Shown here piece after piece: positions 9,348 through 19,289 of a DNA stretch of 63,718 nt. This DNA comes from Pseudomonadota bacterium (GTDB lineage Bacteria > Chloroflexota > Ktedonobacteria > Ktedonobacterales > JADMIN01). Both the position numbers and the translations under genes were made by a program. The stretch lies in NCBI GenBank assembly GCA_021324535.1, contig JAJPIU010000130.1, positions 1 to 63,718 of the forward strand, in the 5' to 3' direction. The notes below the pieces were generated by a model. The model saw nothing but the letters and a program-made list of their open reading frames with translations, had not been told where the DNA came from and did not search any database. How positions within the stretch are numbered: position 1 is the stretch's first letter; every line of letters begins with the position of its first letter.

Positions 9348-10610
9348 GTGGCTATCAAGCAACCCAAAGAATTGAACCCATTTGTTGAAGCAGTCGCCCA
9401 GTTCGACGCCGCCGCCGACATGCTCGGACTCGAACCCGACATCCGCGCGATCTTGCGTGTGCCCAAGCGCGAGCTGACCGTCAATTTCCCCGTGCGTATG
9501 GATGATGGAAGCATCCAGATGTTTACCGGCTATCGCGTGCAACACAACATCAATCGAGGGCCAGCCAAGGGCGGCATCCGCTATGATGCGCGCGTCTCGC
9601 TTGATGAGGTGCGGGCGCTGGCGATGTGGATGACCTGGAAATGCGCCGTCGTCAATATCCCCTTCGGCGGCGCCAAAGGTGGCGTGATTGTTGACCCACG
9701 CAAGCTCTCCGTCCACGAGCTTGAGCGCCTGACCCGCCGCTATGCGACCGAAATCTCCACTATTATCGGGCCGGAAAGCGACATCCCTGCGCCCGATGTC
9801 AACACCAATCCTCAGATTATGGCCTGGATTATGGATACCTATTCCATGCACCACGGCTACTCCATCCCCGCCGTTGTTACCGGCAAGCCGCTCTCCATTG
9901 GTGGCAGTGAAGGCCGCATGGAGGCGACCGGGCGCGGCGTGTATGTGGTAACGCGCGAAGCCTGCCGTGCGCTCGGCATTCCCATGGAGGGCGCGCGTGT
10001 GGTGGTGCAGGGCTTTGGCAACGTGGGCTCAATTACCGCCCGCCTGATGGCCCTGGCCGGATGCAAGGTCATCGCTGTCGCCGACATCTACGGCGCGATC
10101 TACAACGAAAATGGGATTGACATTCCGGCGGCGATCCGCCATGTGCAGGAACGCGGTCGCCTGGAAGGCTTGCCCGGCTCTGAACAGATTCCTAGCGCCT
10201 CGCTGCTGGAAACCCCCTGCGACATCCTGATTCCGGCGGCCACCGAAGGCGTGATCACCGAGGAGAACGCGTCACGCATCCAGGCGAAGTTGATCGTCGA
10301 GGCGGCCAACGGGCCAACCACTGTCGAGGCCGACGCCATCCTGAAGGCGCGCGGCATTCCCGTTATCCCTGACATCCTTGCCAACGCGGGCGGCGTGACG
10401 GTCAGTTACTTCGAGTGGGTGCAGGACGTGCAGCACTTCTTCTGGGGCGAGGATGAGATCAACGCTCGCCTCGAAAGCATCATGGTGCGCAGCTTCAAGG
10501 CTGTGCAGGCCAAACGCGACGAGAAGGACTGCGACTATCGCATGGGCGCCTATCTGCTGGCCGTCGCGCGGGTGGCCGAGGCGACCCAGGTGCGCGGCGT
10601 CTATCCATAG
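9348..10610 (+). CDS. gdhA: Glu/Leu/Phe/Val dehydrogenase (glutamate dehydrogenase)
   Basis: GPAKGGIRY, PFGGAKGG, DIPAPDVNT, VQGFGNVG, EAANGP, PDILANAGGVTVSYFEWVQ; AGGAGG before GTG 9348. Confidence 0.95.
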   Translation: MAIKQPKELNPFVEAVAQFDAAADMLGLEPDIRAILRVPKRELTVNFPVRMDDGSIQMFTGYRVQHNINRGPAKGGIRYDARVSLDEVRALAMWMTWKCAVVNIPFGGAKGGVIVDPRKLSVHELERLTRRYATEISTIIGPESDIPAPDVNTNPQIMAWIMDTYSMHHGYSIPAVVTGKPLSIGGSEGRMEATGRGVYVVTREACRALGIPMEGARVVVQGFGNVGSITARLMALAGCKVIAVADIYGAIYNENGIDIPAAIRHVQERGRLEGLPGSEQIPSASLLETPCDILIPAATEGVITEENASRIQAKLIVEAANGPTTVEADAILKARGIPVIPDILANAGGVTVSYFEWVQDVQHFFWGEDEINARLESIMVRSFKAVQAKRDEKDCDYRMGAYLLAVARVAEATQVRGVYP

Positions 10611-10614
10611 TCTG

Positions 10615-10660
10615 CCTCACCCCTGATCTTCCTCTGCCGCAAGGCGGGGAAGATCAGGGG
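10615..10660 (+). repeat. REP-like palindrome after the gdhA stop
   Basis: CCCTGATCTTCC...GGAAGATCAGGG stem preceded by CCTCA; resembles the family at 16096, 23372, 29853, 31538 and 57269. Confidence 0.6.
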
Positions 10661-10775
10661 CGTGGTTGGCGGGCGTGCGCACGCGCGCCTGGCGGCCGCA
10701 GGGCGCCAAGGCGGCCAGTCGGCCTGCCGCCACCAACTATCGCTGTTCCTTCTAGTTGTTTCATTAGGAGCGTCC

Positions 10776-13133
10776 ATGTCGCTGTCGCACTCTCCACAGC
10801 GCGCGCCGGACGCTCCTGTTGTGTCTCGTTCATCTTCGCCTGTTTCCCATGCTCCAACCAGCGATCAGTCCGATGCGTCCGGCGCTACCCCATCGCTTCG
10901 CATCGCGCCACCTGCCAGGGTAGCGCGCCACTCGCCGCTCTTCAAGGCAAGCGAGTGGATGATCGCGCCGATACTTGTGCTGGCGGCGGTGTTGCGGCTC
11001 TGGCGGCTGGGAACTTCCGTGTTCGATATTGATCAGGCGGGCATCTTTATCATGGCTCGCGACGCCGTGGCGCATGGTATGCTGCCCGCCACCGGCATCG
11101 TCTCCTCCATCCAGACGTTCTGCCCGCCCGCTACGATCTATCTCTATCTGCCGTTTGCGCTGGCGGGCAATCCGCTGGTGGGCGTCTACGCGACCGCGCT
11201 GGCAAATCTTGCCGCTGTGGGGCTGGCGTATTTCTTCATGCGGCGCGTGTGGGGCTACTGGCCTGCGCTGCTTGGCGCGCTCTATTTCGCCGTCGCCTAC
11301 TGGCCGGTGTATTTCAGCCGCTTCATCTGGCAACAAAACCTCCTGCCGCCGCTCGTCATGCTGCTGATGTTGGGGGCGGCGCAGGGGATGGCGAACCGGC
11401 GCGCAGGCTGGCTGATGTGGGCAATCCCGCTCTGGGGTGTGATGATCCAACTGCATCCCAGCGCACTACCGTTGGCGATTGTCTTTCCACTGGCCTGGCT
11501 GCTAGGGCCGCAGAGCGTGCGCCGGCGCGATCTGGCGATAGGCATAGCCCTCTTTGTGGCGCTTTTCATTCCCACTGTCATGTGGGAGTACGCCTCGCAC
11601 GGCTACGATCTGCCCTACTATCTGGCCTATTTCCATCATCCCTCCCGCCTGGATGCGCAGGCGTTTGTGCAGTTCATCGCCATCTCCGGCCTGCCGCCTG
11701 ATCTGCTTGGTAATGGGATTGCCTGGAAGCTGTTGCTGGAGTTCAGCCGCGCGCTGCCCTGTGTCGCGCTGGTGTATGTCGCGGCGCGTGTGCTCGTTGG
11801 CCTGCGTCAGGCGCTCGGCGTGGGGATGCGCGTGTCGCGTGGGCCGGACGTAAGCGCAAAGCATGCTCCTCGTGTGGCCGGAATATTGGCGGCGCTGGAC
11901 TGGCTGCGCGCGCCGGAACGTCTGCGCTGGCGAGTGGAGGCGCTGCTGGTGGTGTGGCCCGCCTCGCTTGTGCTGGCCTTCACCAGCCATCACTCGCCCG
12001 TCTACCTGTCGTACTACATTCCATCGTTTCCCGCGCAGTTCCTGGCATTGGGCGTGTTGCTCTATGACGGATGGCGATGGCTTACCGGACTGGGCGCACG
12101 CAACCGGCAGGCGTCCGAGCAGCATAACTCCTCCATTGGCATGCTGCCTCAACTGAGCGGACAGGTGATCCTTGCGACTGGCCTGGTTGGCGCACTGCTG
12201 TTTGTCATCCTGTGGGGCAACCTCGGCGCGACGCCTGCCGCCTACGCCACGTATCCCGGCCAGTTGCAGGCGGAGGAGGCTGGCCTCACGCAGGCGGAGG
12301 CGCTGGTACGCGCTCAGCATGTTGGGCGTGTCACGCTGAACGCTACCTTCAACACGCTTCAGCCCATGCAATACCTGCTGCTGAACGGCTACGGGTTGAG
12401 CGCGCCCACGCAGATCACATCGTCGGGTAATTGCCTGGTTGGGCCATTAGCCCAGGCTCCGACGCTTTATCTCATGACAGGCGGCGTTGGCCCAGCCGAG
12501 ATGTATCTCGAACATCTGCCGGGCGTTTCTAATCTGTTTGCGAATACGCCGGGCGGCGCCTACTACCGTGCCTACCTCGTATCGTCCACAGCGTTCCAGT
12601 CCGCGCTTGCGCCGTTGTCTTTTCCTCATGCCACTGCGCTCCGGCAGGCTGGAGCGACTTCCTTGCGCGCCAACTTTGGGGGCATGCTGGCGCTAACCAG
12701 CGCATGGCAGGCGCGTGGCATTGGGGGCGCGTCTGATCTGGCGCTCGCCGCCGATCTGCTGGCCGACCCGCCCGGCGTCGCCTTTAGCGCGCAACTGGCG
12801 CTGAACATCTCGCTGCTTGGGGCAAATGGGCAGGCGTTGGAGCAGGCGCAGGCGCGCTGTGTGATGGCGCCCTGGCAGTCTGGGCAGCGTCTGTATTTCT
12901 TCTATGCGCGGGTCAGCGCAGACAAGCTGGCGCAGGCTTCCACATTACAGATGGCGGCGCAACGCATCCAGTCTGACATCCCCGCAAGCGTCACGTTTGG
13001 CCCACTGGCGCTGGAAAGCGCCTACGACCTGGGGACGATCTCCTACTATGAACCACAACAGACGATGCCGCTTCAGCCCGGCGCGTGTAGACAACCATTG
13101 ACGTGCGCGGGCGACGACGCGCAATGGGGATGA
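10776..13133 (+). CDS. GT-C fold membrane glycosyltransferase (ArnT/PMT-like) with C-terminal extracellular domain
   Basis: TM1 LRLWRL followed by an acidic DIDQ loop, many TM segments, FSRFIWQQNL, IQLH; AGGAG before ATG 10776. Confidence 0.7.
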   Translation: MSLSHSPQRAPDAPVVSRSSSPVSHAPTSDQSDASGATPSLRIAPPARVARHSPLFKASEWMIAPILVLAAVLRLWRLGTSVFDIDQAGIFIMARDAVAHGMLPATGIVSSIQTFCPPATIYLYLPFALAGNPLVGVYATALANLAAVGLAYFFMRRVWGYWPALLGALYFAVAYWPVYFSRFIWQQNLLPPLVMLLMLGAAQGMANRRAGWLMWAIPLWGVMIQLHPSALPLAIVFPLAWLLGPQSVRRRDLAIGIALFVALFIPTVMWEYASHGYDLPYYLAYFHHPSRLDAQAFVQFIAISGLPPDLLGNGIAWKLLLEFSRALPCVALVYVAARVLVGLRQALGVGMRVSRGPDVSAKHAPRVAGILAALDWLRAPERLRWRVEALLVVWPASLVLAFTSHHSPVYLSYYIPSFPAQFLALGVLLYDGWRWLTGLGARNRQASEQHNSSIGMLPQLSGQVILATGLVGALLFVILWGNLGATPAAYATYPGQLQAEEAGLTQAEALVRAQHVGRVTLNATFNTLQPMQYLLLNGYGLSAPTQITSSGNCLVGPLAQAPTLYLMTGGVGPAEMYLEHLPGVSNLFANTPGGAYYRAYLVSSTAFQSALAPLSFPHATALRQAGATSLRANFGGMLALTSAWQARGIGGASDLALAADLLADPPGVAFSAQLALNISLLGANGQALEQAQARCVMAPWQSGQRLYFFYARVSADKLAQASTLQMAAQRIQSDIPASVTFGPLALESAYDLGTISYYEPQQTMPLQPGACRQPLTCAGDDAQWG

Positions 13134-13146
13134 GTGGGCGATGCGC

Positions 13147-15852
13147 TCATTCGGATGATTGCGGCGTAGAGCTAAGCAGCCGATCCAGCAGCGCCAGTTG
13201 CGTGAGGCGCGGTTGGATGGCTTCCAGCGGAGGGGCAAACAGCAAGGGCTGATCGGGGTTGGCGAAGAGGACAGCGAAATCATCAGGCGCAAAGGCAGAC
13301 GCGAGGCGCTGCGCATATAAGGTACCGAGTTGGGCGCAATAGTAGTTCGCGTCATAGGGAGGAAGGTCTGCCTCATCGAGCGCCTCCACATAGGCGTGCG
13401 GGTCAGTTGGCGCGTCCGTTGTTTCCTCTGAGTCCCATCGCTCCGGCAGCAGCGCGAAACGCCCCTGCCCCACGCAGTAGTAGCGAATGCGTTCTCCCCG
13501 CTGCCAGGTGGAGCGCCCGCTGGCCAGCGCCGCCTCATACATCGCCTCGCGCCGCTTCCCACGTTCGCGCTGATATTGCTCTGGCGTCTTGGTCAGCCGC
13601 GCGCTGACGCATACCTCCTGCGTGGGAATCTGCCGCCGCCTGAGACGTGTGATGGTCTCCAGATAGGCCGCACGCACGCCTGGGATGTCGCCTGCGAGCA
13701 GACAGGTGAGCGCCTGCCGTAGAAATGCCTCGCCATATGGCTCCATCCGCCGGGAATGGAAGGCGACTCCGCGCAGGGTGAGCCGCCCCTCGTAGCACAG
13801 CGTGGCGTAGTTCTTCACCTCATGCGAGAGCATCGCTGCGTAGCGCGCCTCGTATTCCAGCCGCACCAGCGGTGGCAACGTCTGGCCCACCTCGGCCACA
13901 CAGCGCCGCTCGTCGCCCTCAGTCCAGCCCTCAGGCGCAGCGAAGTAGACGCCATCGGTATCGGCTTCAAGCAGTGTCACCCCGCGCGCCACCAATTCGC
14001 GACAGAGGTGGTCGAGCGTGGCGCGTCCGTGAGCAGTGACTTCATTGGCGGCTGGCACGTCGGCCAGCCGACAGAGACCGGGCGCCGCCAGATAGCCATA
14101 CGCCGCATTGATCACGATCTTAAGACCAGCCGCCATCCCTTCCTGGGTCTTGCGCGCCACTGCGTCTATGCCTGGCTGTTGTCCTGCGCGCTTGGCGGCC
14201 AACCGTTGTTCTACAAGCAGATCCACCAGCGTCAGGAACACGTCAAGCGAATCACGGGCTGGGGCGATGCGATGCTGACGAATGAGCGAGGGATACAGGC
14301 TGGCGATGTCGCACTTGACCACCTGACGGGCGACGCCTGCCGCGAAGAGATAGGTTGCCCCGCCACTGTGCGACATGGATACCTCATCGCCCTCCTCATC
14401 CCCGCCAGGATGCGCCAGAGACACAAAAGCATCGTTCCCATCTGCGTCTAGGCCTGCTTCCGTGTCCGCTGGCTCTCCTTTGCGCGCCCGATTGGGCCGA
14501 TAGGCGGGCAGGGCCGCGCCCGCATGCAGATAGGCGCGAACGATCAGGGGATCGAGAATGCCCGTGGCTGGTCCGGCCTCGGCGACACGCTCATAGCGGC
14601 GGGGAGCCATCTGCGCCAGCACAAACGCCGGGCCACCCAAGAGCGCGCTGACAGCGGCAGCCTCGTCCACGTCGTCCAGGGCATAGCGGCGCACTCGGTC
14701 GGGATCGCTCCGCCAGACATGTCCCACCTCCGCGCCTTCGATATATTCGCGCGTTGGCCTTGCCACCCCTAGCGCCCGCGCGACGGCTTTGAGGCCATGC
14801 CCAGGCAATGAGCGCGCGGAGAAATCGTAGCGCCACACAGCGTCCAGCGTGTCTATGATCTCGCGGCCAGGGATCACCAGCCGCCCGCGCCGGGTTTCAT
14901 CGTTTTTCTTCGAAGCGGTGTCGCCTGCATGCTCTTCACCGGAAGCGGATTGCCAGCTTCCCCAACCTCCCCAGGCGCGCCGGGGCGCCGCCCGCCGGAA
15001 GTACGGCGCAGGCAGTCCTGGGCGTTGCAGGGCCAATGGTACGCCTAAATGCGTGGCGCGCGCCATGAGGAAGGGCAGATCGAATCCGGCGAGGTTGTGG
15101 TTTTCCAACACATCGGGATCATGCTGGCGCACGAGGGCGACGAAACGGCGTAACAGGTCGGCCTCGGCGGCGTCCGGAGCCATCCCGCGCGCCTGCCCCT
15201 CCGCCACATCCAGCGTACAGCGCAGCCCGCGATTGTCGCGCAGGGCAATCAGGAAGATGCGATGGCGCGCAGGGTCGAGTCCCTCGGTTTCGAGGTCGAA
15301 GGCGAGCCGGTGTATGGCATCCCACTGCAGGTCACGAAAATAGACCTGGCCGCTGAGCGTCAGGTATTGTTCTTCAAAGGGGAGCCAGAGCAGATCATCG
15401 GGGTCAACCGCGCTCAGACGCTCGACAGCATGCCCTAGCGTATGCGAGAGCGCACGGCGGAGCAGGCGTTCCAGCGTGTCGGCGTGGTTTGCGCTGACGA
15501 GGTAGCGCAGGTGGCCTGGGCCGGTGAGATGCTGTACCCAGATCGCCTGATCGCTGGTCGTGTTGGCCTGTGGGGCGCCTGACCCGATGTCGCCGTTAGT
15601 GTGGATGGTTGGGTGAAACAGCAGCGGCGCATCGGTCGCGTACAGCCCATCGAGCGTGGGCAGGGCCGCCCAGGGGCGAAACCGCGTGTGCTCGCGCGTG
15701 AGCGCGCCGGTCTCCGGGAGGCGTCGCCAGCGGATCACGCGCCCATCCCGCTCGACCCACAGCCCCACAATCCCAGGCGTCGTATCCCAGCCCCATAGAA
15801 TCTCCTGCGCCCAGGTGGAATCGCCAGGGGTTCGCTGAATTTCTTGCCACAT
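13147..15852 (-). CDS. polB: family B DNA polymerase with 3'-5' exonuclease domain
   Basis: ExoI FDLET, ExoII HNLAGFDLPFL, ExoIII YALDD; motif A DIASLYPS, motif B KIVINAAYGY, motif C ADTDG. Confidence 0.9.
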   Translation of the reverse strand: MWQEIQRTPGDSTWAQEILWGWDTTPGIVGLWVERDGRVIRWRRLPETGALTREHTRFRPWAALPTLDGLYATDAPLLFHPTIHTNGDIGSGAPQANTTSDQAIWVQHLTGPGHLRYLVSANHADTLERLLRRALSHTLGHAVERLSAVDPDDLLWLPFEEQYLTLSGQVYFRDLQWDAIHRLAFDLETEGLDPARHRIFLIALRDNRGLRCTLDVAEGQARGMAPDAAEADLLRRFVALVRQHDPDVLENHNLAGFDLPFLMARATHLGVPLALQRPGLPAPYFRRAAPRRAWGGWGSWQSASGEEHAGDTASKKNDETRRGRLVIPGREIIDTLDAVWRYDFSARSLPGHGLKAVARALGVARPTREYIEGAEVGHVWRSDPDRVRRYALDDVDEAAAVSALLGGPAFVLAQMAPRRYERVAEAGPATGILDPLIVRAYLHAGAALPAYRPNRARKGEPADTEAGLDADGNDAFVSLAHPGGDEEGDEVSMSHSGGATYLFAAGVARQVVKCDIASLYPSLIRQHRIAPARDSLDVFLTLVDLLVEQRLAAKRAGQQPGIDAVARKTQEGMAAGLKIVINAAYGYLAAPGLCRLADVPAANEVTAHGRATLDHLCRELVARGVTLLEADTDGVYFAAPEGWTEGDERRCVAEVGQTLPPLVRLEYEARYAAMLSHEVKNYATLCYEGRLTLRGVAFHSRRMEPYGEAFLRQALTCLLAGDIPGVRAAYLETITRLRRRQIPTQEVCVSARLTKTPEQYQRERGKRREAMYEAALASGRSTWQRGERIRYYCVGQGRFALLPERWDSEETTDAPTDPHAYVEALDEADLPPYDANYYCAQLGTLYAQRLASAFAPDDFAVLFANPDQPLLFAPPLEAIQPRLTQLALLDRLLSSTPQSSE

Positions 15853-16095
15853 GGTTGCGCCGCTTCCTTCTCTTTGCCTCTCAGCATGTTACCACACGCG
15901 ACGGAAAGCTAGCCAGCGCATGTGACCAGGCATGTTTGGCAAGTTGAATGACTCCATTGGATTAGCAACGAGGTCTCCAGCGCCTTTCAAGCGGAATGGA
16001 ACGAGATTCGGCAGATCGACCCATCGCTTGCCCAATGGATGATGGGCCTGGCGCAGTCCGCCGAACCTCCGCTTCACCCCCCCCCACAAAAAACA

Positions 16096-16149
16096 CCCCC
16101 TTCCCATCAATGGGAAGGGGGCTAATGAAGGGACGGTGGGGTTAGGTCA
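16096..16149 (-). repeat. REP-like palindrome
   Basis: CCCCCTTCCCAT-CA-ATGGGAAGGGGG, one mismatch from the copy at 57271-57296. Confidence 0.75.
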
Positions 16150-16155
16150 ACGGAC

Positions 16156-18030
16156 TCATGCTGGCCCTTGCAGCAGCGCGGCATAGCTGTCAACCGGAAC
16201 GGGATCGGGGCCTCCGGCGTCGTAGGCTGCGGCGCCCACCATCGCCAGCATAAAGCCAAGCACCACCAGCTCGGGATAGGGGATCGGTAGGTTGTAGGCG
16301 ACAACGCCCACGCCAATCCCCACCAGCAGACTCAACACAATGGCGATGGGCCAGGCGGAGAAGACGCCACGCGCGCGGACGGCTCCATAGAAGGCTAGGG
16401 CAATGCCGATGATCTCGAAGATGATCGCGCCGACGAAGAGCGCATGCGAACCTTCCATCGCGTTCACACCCTGCACAAGCACATTGTTGTGGAAGCCCTG
16501 AATCGCCGCGATGATTTCAAGCGTCGCCGCGCCAAGCATTGACCACAACGAGAGTTTGCGCAGGTTGCTCATCGGGCGGCGCTGAGTCAGGATCGTAAAC
16601 TGCAACGCAGCCAGCCCACCCATCAAGAGTAAGCCCCAAAAGGCGTCATGCAGACCGCCCGGGCCGGGCTGATAGAAGAGCGCCAGCGCCTCGATCTCAA
16701 AGAATGAGGGCATCGAGAGCAGCGAGAATCCCATCAGATAGATCAGCAGCAGCGTGCCCAGCACGAGCCACTGGCCGACACAGCCAAGCTGCTCGGCGGC
16801 GGTCGGTGCGAACTCTCGCTGTGTGCCCCACGTCCAGACGAACGCCAGGATGGCGATGCTCGTGGCGATCAGCAGACCAAACGGCGTCTGTGTGGGGTCG
16901 CTCACGTGGATAACCGTCGCGCCCAGGCCAATCCAGACCAGCGCGAACGTGCCCGCCAGCACGATGCTATTGCGGCGTGTGCTCCAGAAGTAGAGGCCCA
17001 TCATGAAGAGGCCAAAAGGGATGCTGAAGACAATCGCGCAGATGATATAGCCGGTAAACGGCGTGAAGGTACAACTCCCAGGGATGTTGCTGACCTGCGA
17101 ACACTGCACCCAGAACTGCTGGCTGTCCACTTTATGGATCACAAACACCAGCGGATAGACCACTGCCCAGATCACCAGCAGCGGGATACCGATGTTGCCA
17201 AGCAGCCCTACCACACCGTGCAGATAGACGCTCGGCATGAACTGCGCCCGTGCGTTGACCATCGTCGGCAGCAGCCAGACGAGCAGCGCAAAGAGCGCCA
17301 GCCCCAGCGCCGCAAAGAGCATGACGTTGCCAATCGCCCCTTTGACGAAGTTCTTGGGGTTGAAGACAATCGGCGCAAAGGTGTAGATGGTCAGCCAATA
17401 GGCCACCAGCGCCAGCGACGCAGTGATGCAGACGCGCGTGATGATCGTGCGTCCCAACCCATTGAGCCGCCCACTGAGCACCACAGGATTGAGCAAGGCA
17501 ATAACGAGCATTCCCAACCCAATGAACAGACCAATCTCGCCCACCGCCGCAAGATCAATGCTCTGTGGTTGAAACCAGATAGGATTGAACAGGTAGGCTT
17601 TATGTGGATCGGGCCAGTAGGTGGTCGTCACCGTTTGTTTGCCATTGACAACTGCGCTTGATGTTACCGCGTCGGGCAGAAACTCATGCCAGGCGCCCGT
17701 CGTCACCTGATAGATGAAGAAGCCGCCAACTGCTGTGATAGCCGCGCCAACCAGACCAAAGAGCGGCCAGGGGATCAGCGGCTTAGGGTCATATAGGAAG
17801 GAGATCTCGAAGGCCAGCACACCCAACCCGACACTGACCAATCCCAACGCCAGAAACCCCTGCTCCATCAGCGCGAGCTTGGCGTTTGTGCTAATGTTGA
17901 AGAAATAGCCGGGAACCTGAGCGATCAGGATCGCCGCCATAAAGAAGAATCCCACCGCGATCAGGGTCGCCCGCGCCCATGACATCGGCTGCTCATGTTC
18001 GCGTTGGGGCGCCGCCGCTGACACTTGCAT
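16156..18030 (-). CDS. large polytopic membrane protein of unknown function, last gene of the cytochrome bc cluster
   Basis: 624 aa, roughly 15-16 hydrophobic segments by eye; AAAGGGAG RBS; co-oriented with the qcr genes. Confidence 0.8.
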   Translation of the reverse strand: MQVSAAAPQREHEQPMSWARATLIAVGFFFMAAILIAQVPGYFFNISTNAKLALMEQGFLALGLVSVGLGVLAFEISFLYDPKPLIPWPLFGLVGAAITAVGGFFIYQVTTGAWHEFLPDAVTSSAVVNGKQTVTTTYWPDPHKAYLFNPIWFQPQSIDLAAVGEIGLFIGLGMLVIALLNPVVLSGRLNGLGRTIITRVCITASLALVAYWLTIYTFAPIVFNPKNFVKGAIGNVMLFAALGLALFALLVWLLPTMVNARAQFMPSVYLHGVVGLLGNIGIPLLVIWAVVYPLVFVIHKVDSQQFWVQCSQVSNIPGSCTFTPFTGYIICAIVFSIPFGLFMMGLYFWSTRRNSIVLAGTFALVWIGLGATVIHVSDPTQTPFGLLIATSIAILAFVWTWGTQREFAPTAAEQLGCVGQWLVLGTLLLIYLMGFSLLSMPSFFEIEALALFYQPGPGGLHDAFWGLLLMGGLAALQFTILTQRRPMSNLRKLSLWSMLGAATLEIIAAIQGFHNNVLVQGVNAMEGSHALFVGAIIFEIIGIALAFYGAVRARGVFSAWPIAIVLSLLVGIGVGVVAYNLPIPYPELVVLGFMLAMVGAAAYDAGGPDPVPVDSYAALLQGPA

Positions 18031-18150
18031 GGCTCGTGCTCCCTTTCAGTGAAGACAATGAATTTGTACGAGATCGAAAAAGACCGTATCGGAACAGGCT
18101 AGGCGTGTGCGCGCCAGCAAAGGGCCAACGCGCAACACGCGGCTCCGAAC

Positions 18151-19197
18151 CTATTTGACAGTGATCCATCCGGTCATGGCAGGGTGAATGCCGCAGATGA
18201 AGGGATAGTCACCGGCTTTGGTGAAGGTATAGCTGTAACCAGGAGCGCCCGGCGCCATGATCGCGGAGTCGGGGAACTTCCCGGTTCCGGCGGCGCTTGG
18301 TTGGCTGACCACGTCATGCGGTGTTGAGCCGGATGAATGGTTGACCCAGGTGACAACGGTGCCTGGCGCGATGATGACGTTTGAGACTCCCGGATGCCCG
18401 ACGATCTGCCAGCCAAAACCGGAAGGATTGTTTGCGTCATCCACCGCCTCGATGGTGATCGTTTTCTGGCTGCTCAGATCCACGAACGACGTGGCGGGCG
18501 GCTTCTGTGGCCCGTTGCCTGCCTTCTTCTGCGCTTCATACTCGGCGATCTGCGTGGGGTTGGTCAATGACTGGAAGACGTAATCGAAGCCGTTGACGTT
18601 CTCCAGGTGATTGAGCGAGCGATATTGCGGATCGGACGAGCGGATCAGCGCAACAAGATAGGTGATGTCGTCCTGAGTCAGCGAACCACCGTAGGTATTG
18701 AGCCAGGCAGGCATCAGCAGCTTGCTGGGATCGCTGGGATTGGCAATGCCGCCGGAGATGATGCGCGTCAGGTCTTGGTCGCTCAGCTTGTTGACGGCGC
18801 TGTTGTCGTTGAGTTGCGGTCCGTTGAGGCCTTGCCCCAGGAAGCCGTGGCAGGTCGAGCAGTATTGCCCAAAGAGCGCAGCGCCCCGTTTCAGCGTCAG
18901 GTCGTACTGCTGCGCCTGGGCGTTGGCCTGCGCCTGGGGCTGCGAGAACGCCAAGAAGGGGATGATCAGCCCTGTCACGATGACAAGGAGCAAGGCTGCG
19001 TAGCCGGTTTTCGTCACCGCGTTGGCGCGCATGTAAAAGATATAGATCAGCGCCGAGACCACCACCGAGACCACCGCCAGCCCATAGGCCAGGTTTGACG
19101 GATTGAGTCCGCCGGTCACGCCCATCAAGGCAAAGATCACGGCCAGCCCGATACCTATCGAGATGACGACCAGCCCAGGATTACGTGTATTCTCCAT
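18151..19197 (-). CDS. membrane-anchored cytochrome c fused to a C-terminal cupredoxin (plastocyanin/amicyanin-like) domain
   Basis: 3 N-terminal TM helices; CSTCH heme motif and MPAW axial Met; type-1 Cu ligands PHDV...CGIHPAM. Confidence 0.88.
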   Translation of the reverse strand: MENTRNPGLVVISIGIGLAVIFALMGVTGGLNPSNLAYGLAVVSVVVSALIYIFYMRANAVTKTGYAALLLVIVTGLIIPFLAFSQPQAQANAQAQQYDLTLKRGAALFGQYCSTCHGFLGQGLNGPQLNDNSAVNKLSDQDLTRIISGGIANPSDPSKLLMPAWLNTYGGSLTQDDITYLVALIRSSDPQYRSLNHLENVNGFDYVFQSLTNPTQIAEYEAQKKAGNGPQKPPATSFVDLSSQKTITIEAVDDANNPSGFGWQIVGHPGVSNVIIAPGTVVTWVNHSSGSTPHDVVSQPSAAGTGKFPDSAIMAPGAPGYSYTFTKAGDYPFICGIHPAMTGWITVK

Positions 19198-19289
19198 ATG
19201 AAAACGCCAACCTCACAACCTACGATAGTTTTGCAGTTCGCCTGCCCACCGTACATCGTTGTGGGCCAGACAGTGCGCTTCAGGTCAGC

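Noticed and set aside
15853-16095. LexA box or gene remnant upstream of polB
   Set aside because: GAACGAGATTC has the wrong spacing. A short plus-strand reading (LHWISNEVSSAFQAEWNEIRQIDP) looks protein-like but has no start and no family I can name.
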